Of a stretch of DNA of 63,143 bases, positions 59,829-63,143 are shown one piece after another. The notes beneath the pieces are model-generated. The model had not been told where the DNA came from. It saw only the letters and a program-made list of their open reading frames with translations, and did no database searches. This DNA comes from Nitrospina sp. (GTDB lineage: Bacteria; Nitrospinota; Nitrospinia; Nitrospinales; VA-1): the NCBI GenBank assembly GCA_018702695.1, contig JABIYR010000101.1:1-63143 (forward strand), written 5' to 3'. The position numbers and the translations under genes are program-made. The first letter of the stretch is position 1. The number at the start of each line of letters is the position of its first letter.

Positions 59829-60329
59829 ATGAACAGGCAACGCAAATCAGCACAGATTCTACTCGTGGGAGTATTTATCTCCGCACTTCTATTGTCTATG
59901 ATCGCTGGTTGTTCGCATCAAGTCGATAATAAAACTCTGCCGCAACTCGAATGGACTGGTAAGTCGGCATTGCATAAGACACGTAGTGCAATCCTGCGTG
60001 AGAAAATGAGTTCACTGCGAGTGCTTATGTTTGAGTATGTGTATGATGAGTTGCAGTTTGATATGGAGCGCGCCAGACAGGCGGCATCGATTGCAAATAT
60101 CGCCAAGGACATGGCCACGACGGCGATGGAAGTTGCGATTGCACAACGGGAACTCAATCTGAATGCCGATCAAATCCCAGTTTTTCAAGACTATGCACAG
60201 ACCCTGAAAAATCAGGCACTGGCTCTGGAGGAGTTGGCTCGCCAGGAAAAAAGTGATGCTTATCCACCCATGATTCGCACTATCGTCGAGACCTGCAATG
60301 GTTGCCACGAAAAATTTCTAGATATGTAG
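59829..60329 (+). CDS. lipoprotein class-II (cytochrome c-prime-like) monohaem cytochrome
   Basis: Lipobox MIAGCSHQ, a helical body of about 130 aa, and a single CxxCH (CNGCH) eight residues from the C-terminus, the class II arrangement. Confidence 0.65.
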   Translation: MNRQRKSAQILLVGVFISALLLSMIAGCSHQVDNKTLPQLEWTGKSALHKTRSAILREKMSSLRVLMFEYVYDELQFDMERARQAASIANIAKDMATTAMEVAIAQRELNLNADQIPVFQDYAQTLKNQALALEELARQEKSDAYPPMIRTIVETCNGCHEKFLDM

Positions 60330-60361
60330 CGGACGATATTGTTCAAGACTTTTGGAATATT

Positions 60362-61756
60362 ATGCACCGAATAGCCCCAGCCTCAGGAATTGGTAATTAT
60401 TTCAGATCACCGATTTTGACGGCTTTTATTTTGACTTTAGTGGTTGTCTTGCCGATATCCGGCGTATGGGCTGAGGAGCGAAAGGCCGAAAACGAAGAAG
60501 CTCGGGAGTTGCGTCAGTTGGTAGAGCGACTGAAACAACGAGTCGAAGTTTTAGAACGACAGCAATCGCAACAGCAGGGTTCCAGCCAGAACACCCGTAA
60601 TCCTGCCATAAGCAATACCTCTTCAAAAGAGTCGAAAGCCCCCATAAATCCGTTTTCCTCTAAAAAGGCTTTGCCAGAGCCAGCCAAAGGGAAGATCAAA
60701 TTTTCCTTCGGCGGGCAGATTGTGGTCGAGGCCGTGAGCAACTGGCCGAGCAACTCGACCAGTTCTGAATTCGATCTGTTACCCACTGGGGTGCCCACCG
60801 GTTCTGGAGGTGAAAACGGGCAATTTCTTTTCAGCGCCCGAGAAACACGACTCTGGTTTAAAAGCTCGGCAATGACCCGATACGGTATTTTCAAGACTCT
60901 ATTGGAAATGGACTTTAAGGGCAGTTCCGGGACCGAGCGCGTCAATAACTCAAACAATCCCCGTATGCGGCACGGCTATGCGCAACTGGGGAGCTTTACC
61001 ATGGGTCAGACAGAATCCACCTTTGCTAATTTACTGGCCTGGCCCGATACGATCCCGGATGCGATTGCATATATTTCCAATCGTCAGGCACAGATTCGTT
61101 GGAGTCAGAAGCTGGATGAAGATTTTAGCTTACAAGTTTCATTGGAGAACCCTGAAACGACTCTGACCGATGCAACAGGCGCTCGCATTACGCCAGCCGA
61201 TGACCGGGCTCCAGATATGGTGATGAAGGGCCTGTGGTACGGTGACCGTGGGTCTCTGGCTCTCTCAGGCCTGTTGCGTGAAATTCGCAGTGACGGAGCG
61301 GTGGTCGGGGGTGTCGAGGACAGTGAGGTCGGGGGGGCCTTGTATATCTCTGGAAAACTGAAGACTTCCGGAAGCGACAATATACGTTTCGGTTTAGCAG
61401 GAGGCAATGCCCTAGGTCGTTACGCCAGTAACAACTCTTTCAACGATGGGAGCATTGATGCCAACGGACAGATTGAACTTCATATGCTGTATCTCGGCAT
61501 CCTTTCTTATCAGTACTGGCTGAATGATCATTGGCGCATCGCCACAACCGCCACCCATATTCAGGCCGATAACGACTTGAGCCGGGTGCCAGCAAGCACT
61601 GTGGAGCAGGCTCAGTCCTTCCACCTGCGGGTTTCTTGGTTGCCATTGTTGCGCACAAATTTCAGTCTGGAATATGTGCATGCCCGCAGTAAGCTGGAGA
61701 GCGGCGTGGAGGGTGAACTCAACCATCTGCATTTTAGTGCTTTGTATCGGTTCTGA
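60362..61756 (+). CDS. outer-membrane porin with N-terminal coiled coil (DcaP-like)
   Basis: The ATG at 60362 gives a signal peptide ending VWAEE. A coiled coil (ELRQLVERLKQRVEVLERQQ) is followed by alternating beta-strand composition and a terminal aromatic residue (YRF). Confidence 0.7.
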   Translation: MHRIAPASGIGNYFRSPILTAFILTLVVVLPISGVWAEERKAENEEARELRQLVERLKQRVEVLERQQSQQQGSSQNTRNPAISNTSSKESKAPINPFSSKKALPEPAKGKIKFSFGGQIVVEAVSNWPSNSTSSEFDLLPTGVPTGSGGENGQFLFSARETRLWFKSSAMTRYGIFKTLLEMDFKGSSGTERVNNSNNPRMRHGYAQLGSFTMGQTESTFANLLAWPDTIPDAIAYISNRQAQIRWSQKLDEDFSLQVSLENPETTLTDATGARITPADDRAPDMVMKGLWYGDRGSLALSGLLREIRSDGAVVGGVEDSEVGGALYISGKLKTSGSDNIRFGLAGGNALGRYASNNSFNDGSIDANGQIELHMLYLGILSYQYWLNDHWRIATTATHIQADNDLSRVPASTVEQAQSFHLRVSWLPLLRTNFSLEYVHARSKLESGVEGELNHLHFSALYRF

Positions 61757-61808
61757 CCGGTCAAGGTCATTCTTTGGCCGTAGCAACGGACAGGTAAAGT
61801 CTGCTGGT

Positions 61809-62678
61809 TCAAAGAGTCTTTTCTAAATACTCCCAGCCCCAATTAAAACCTTGTTTGATCCATCCGCCTAATTTAAGAAAAGAATTTTCTATAAAGTCGA
61901 GATAGGCCTGCGTGGACTTGTCACGTTCAATAATGGGTTCGGCAGACTCAACGGGTTTGAGAACAGAAGGTTCGGAAGGTGTAACAGATACCTCAGGAGT
62001 GGATTCTTCAGGCTCCACCACAGGTTCTAAGTGTTCAATAGGCTCTATGATGGTGATAGGTTCAATCTGCGGCTGAGGAGTCACTGCAAGACTTTGAGTG
62101 TCACTTGGTTTATGAACGGGTTCTGCGGTATCTGTTGTGCCTGAGAAACCTTCGGTTTCTTCATACCATTCGGACTCAGAAATGGGGTTGGGTGGAATGA
62201 AGATCTCAGGTCTGCCGCTAAGATGACTTTTTACAGGGGCAGGCACAACTTCTGGCTCGACCGGGTCAAGTGGCAGAGGCGTTGGCGGTATTTGAGTGAT
62301 TAAAGCCGGAGAACGGGGTGACACGGGTTTTGGGAACACCAGTTCGATAATTTCAGGCGGGATGAGGTTGTTGACATATAAATATCCGCCAGAGCCTGCC
62401 AGAATAAAAATCAGCAATAAAAAAAACTTTCCCGCGCCCGATTTCTTTTTTTCTGCAAGAGGAAGAACCTCCCCTTCTTGCTCCTCAAATTCAGCTTTGC
62501 ATGGATCGGTTAGGGTTTCCTCAGAAGAGGGGGAAAGCGACTCTTGAGAATCGTCCGACTGAGGGGTTTCGTTTTGTTCATCCGGTGAATCGGAATTCTC
62601 TAAATCTGCATTGGGGTTTTTCATAAGGTAAGCGTTGTAAAATTTCCTAATGAGAATCAGGAACCAAGAGGAACCCAT
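61809..62678 (-). CDS. bitopic membrane protein with acidic N-terminus and Pro/Glu-rich periplasmic region, function unknown
   Basis: A single TM helix (FFLLLIFILAGSGGYLYV) with EP/PV-rich low-complexity sequence after it. The start could be 62678 or 62624. Confidence 0.5.
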   Translation of the reverse strand: MGSSWFLILIRKFYNAYLMKNPNADLENSDSPDEQNETPQSDDSQESLSPSSEETLTDPCKAEFEEQEGEVLPLAEKKKSGAGKFFLLLIFILAGSGGYLYVNNLIPPEIIELVFPKPVSPRSPALITQIPPTPLPLDPVEPEVVPAPVKSHLSGRPEIFIPPNPISESEWYEETEGFSGTTDTAEPVHKPSDTQSLAVTPQPQIEPITIIEPIEHLEPVVEPEESTPEVSVTPSEPSVLKPVESAEPIIERDKSTQAYLDFIENSFLKLGGWIKQGFNWGWEYLEKTL

Positions 62679-62831
62679 TTTGGTTCATGCCAAAAAAACC
62701 GGCTCGAATCTCGGTCGATTCTTTCTCATATAGTTTGCTGTCGCTTCATGGGTTGGGTTAAAGACGAATGAAAAACATGATCAATGCTCCCTAGGAAGCA
62801 TTGATGTTATGCCCGCAAAGCGACTGGACAA

Positions 62832-63143
62832 TCAGTGAATGATTTTATTCAAGGGGTACTCAACAATATCTTCTGCCCCACAATCTTTTAGATCGGGAAC
62901 AATATCACGCACCAATTTTTCTTCAAGAATTACATTCAGGGCCACCCAGTCGGTATCGCTGAGTGCAGAGATGGTTGGTTTTTTCCCGTCAGGAAAAACA
63001 TTAATGATCTCTTTAAGATTTTTTTGTGGCGCATTGAGCATCAACCCTACCCTGCCGTTTGCGGCCATGGCCCCCTGTAACATCAAAACAAGGCGGTCCA
63101 CCTTGGTTTTTTTCCATTTGTCCTGACAAGCATCTTTGTTCAT
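62832..63143 (-). CDS. hisG: ATP phosphoribosyltransferase, C-terminal (HisG_C regulatory domain) fragment; 5' part lies outside the window
   Basis: The ORF runs off the right edge. GRVGLMLNAPQKNLKEIINVFPDGKKPTISAL...CGAEDIVEYPLNKII matches the long-form HisG C-terminal domain pattern. Confidence 0.75.
   Translation of the reverse strand: MNKDACQDKWKKTKVDRLVLMLQGAMAANGRVGLMLNAPQKNLKEIINVFPDGKKPTISALSDTDWVALNVILEEKLVRDIVPDLKDCGAEDIVEYPLNKIIH

Overview
A 63 kb chromosomal segment from a diderm bacterium. Mla lipid-transport genes, a LolB-like lipoprotein, an outer-membrane porin, a futalosine-pathway mqnA, a membrane pyrophosphatase and multihaem cytochromes all point that way. The lineage cannot be assigned from the sequence alone. 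Most of the window is densely packed housekeeping. It carries gpmA, recN, rimO and pfk, then the string rpsB-tsf-pyrH-frr-uppS-cdsA-dxr-ispF. On the minus strand it carries thrS-infC-rpmI-rplT-pheS, and a TPP-riboswitch-controlled thiS-thiG-thiE-thiC operon. On the plus strand there is a lolB-like-ispE-tRNA-Gln-prs-rplY-pth-hppA block, and a hisG fragment lies at the right edge. Two tRNAs are present, Val-GAC and Gln-UUG. I found no rRNA, CRISPR array, transposase, integrase or phage genes. Four accessory or unusual patches stand out. (1) A self-contained type-II-FAS-like cassette (KS, divergent ACP, two CrtI/RetSat-family flavoenzymes, KR, DH, ER) is translationally coupled to ispF; this is my best candidate for an undescribed lipid-tailoring system. 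(2) A minus-strand block sits where pheT is expected after pheS. It holds a membrane-anchored pentahaem cytochrome, a trihaem cytochrome and a split, membrane-anchored NB-ARC STAND NTPase plus TPR partner. (3) An RsbW-like kinase and a STAS protein lie directly upstream of mlaEFD with no sigma factor, and a GAF-PP2C phosphatase lies 10 kb away. (4) A nucleotidyltransferase is paired with a terpene-cyclase-fold protein. All calls rest on motif recognition in the supplied translations and manual inspection of the DNA. No database searches or numerical composition analyses were run.
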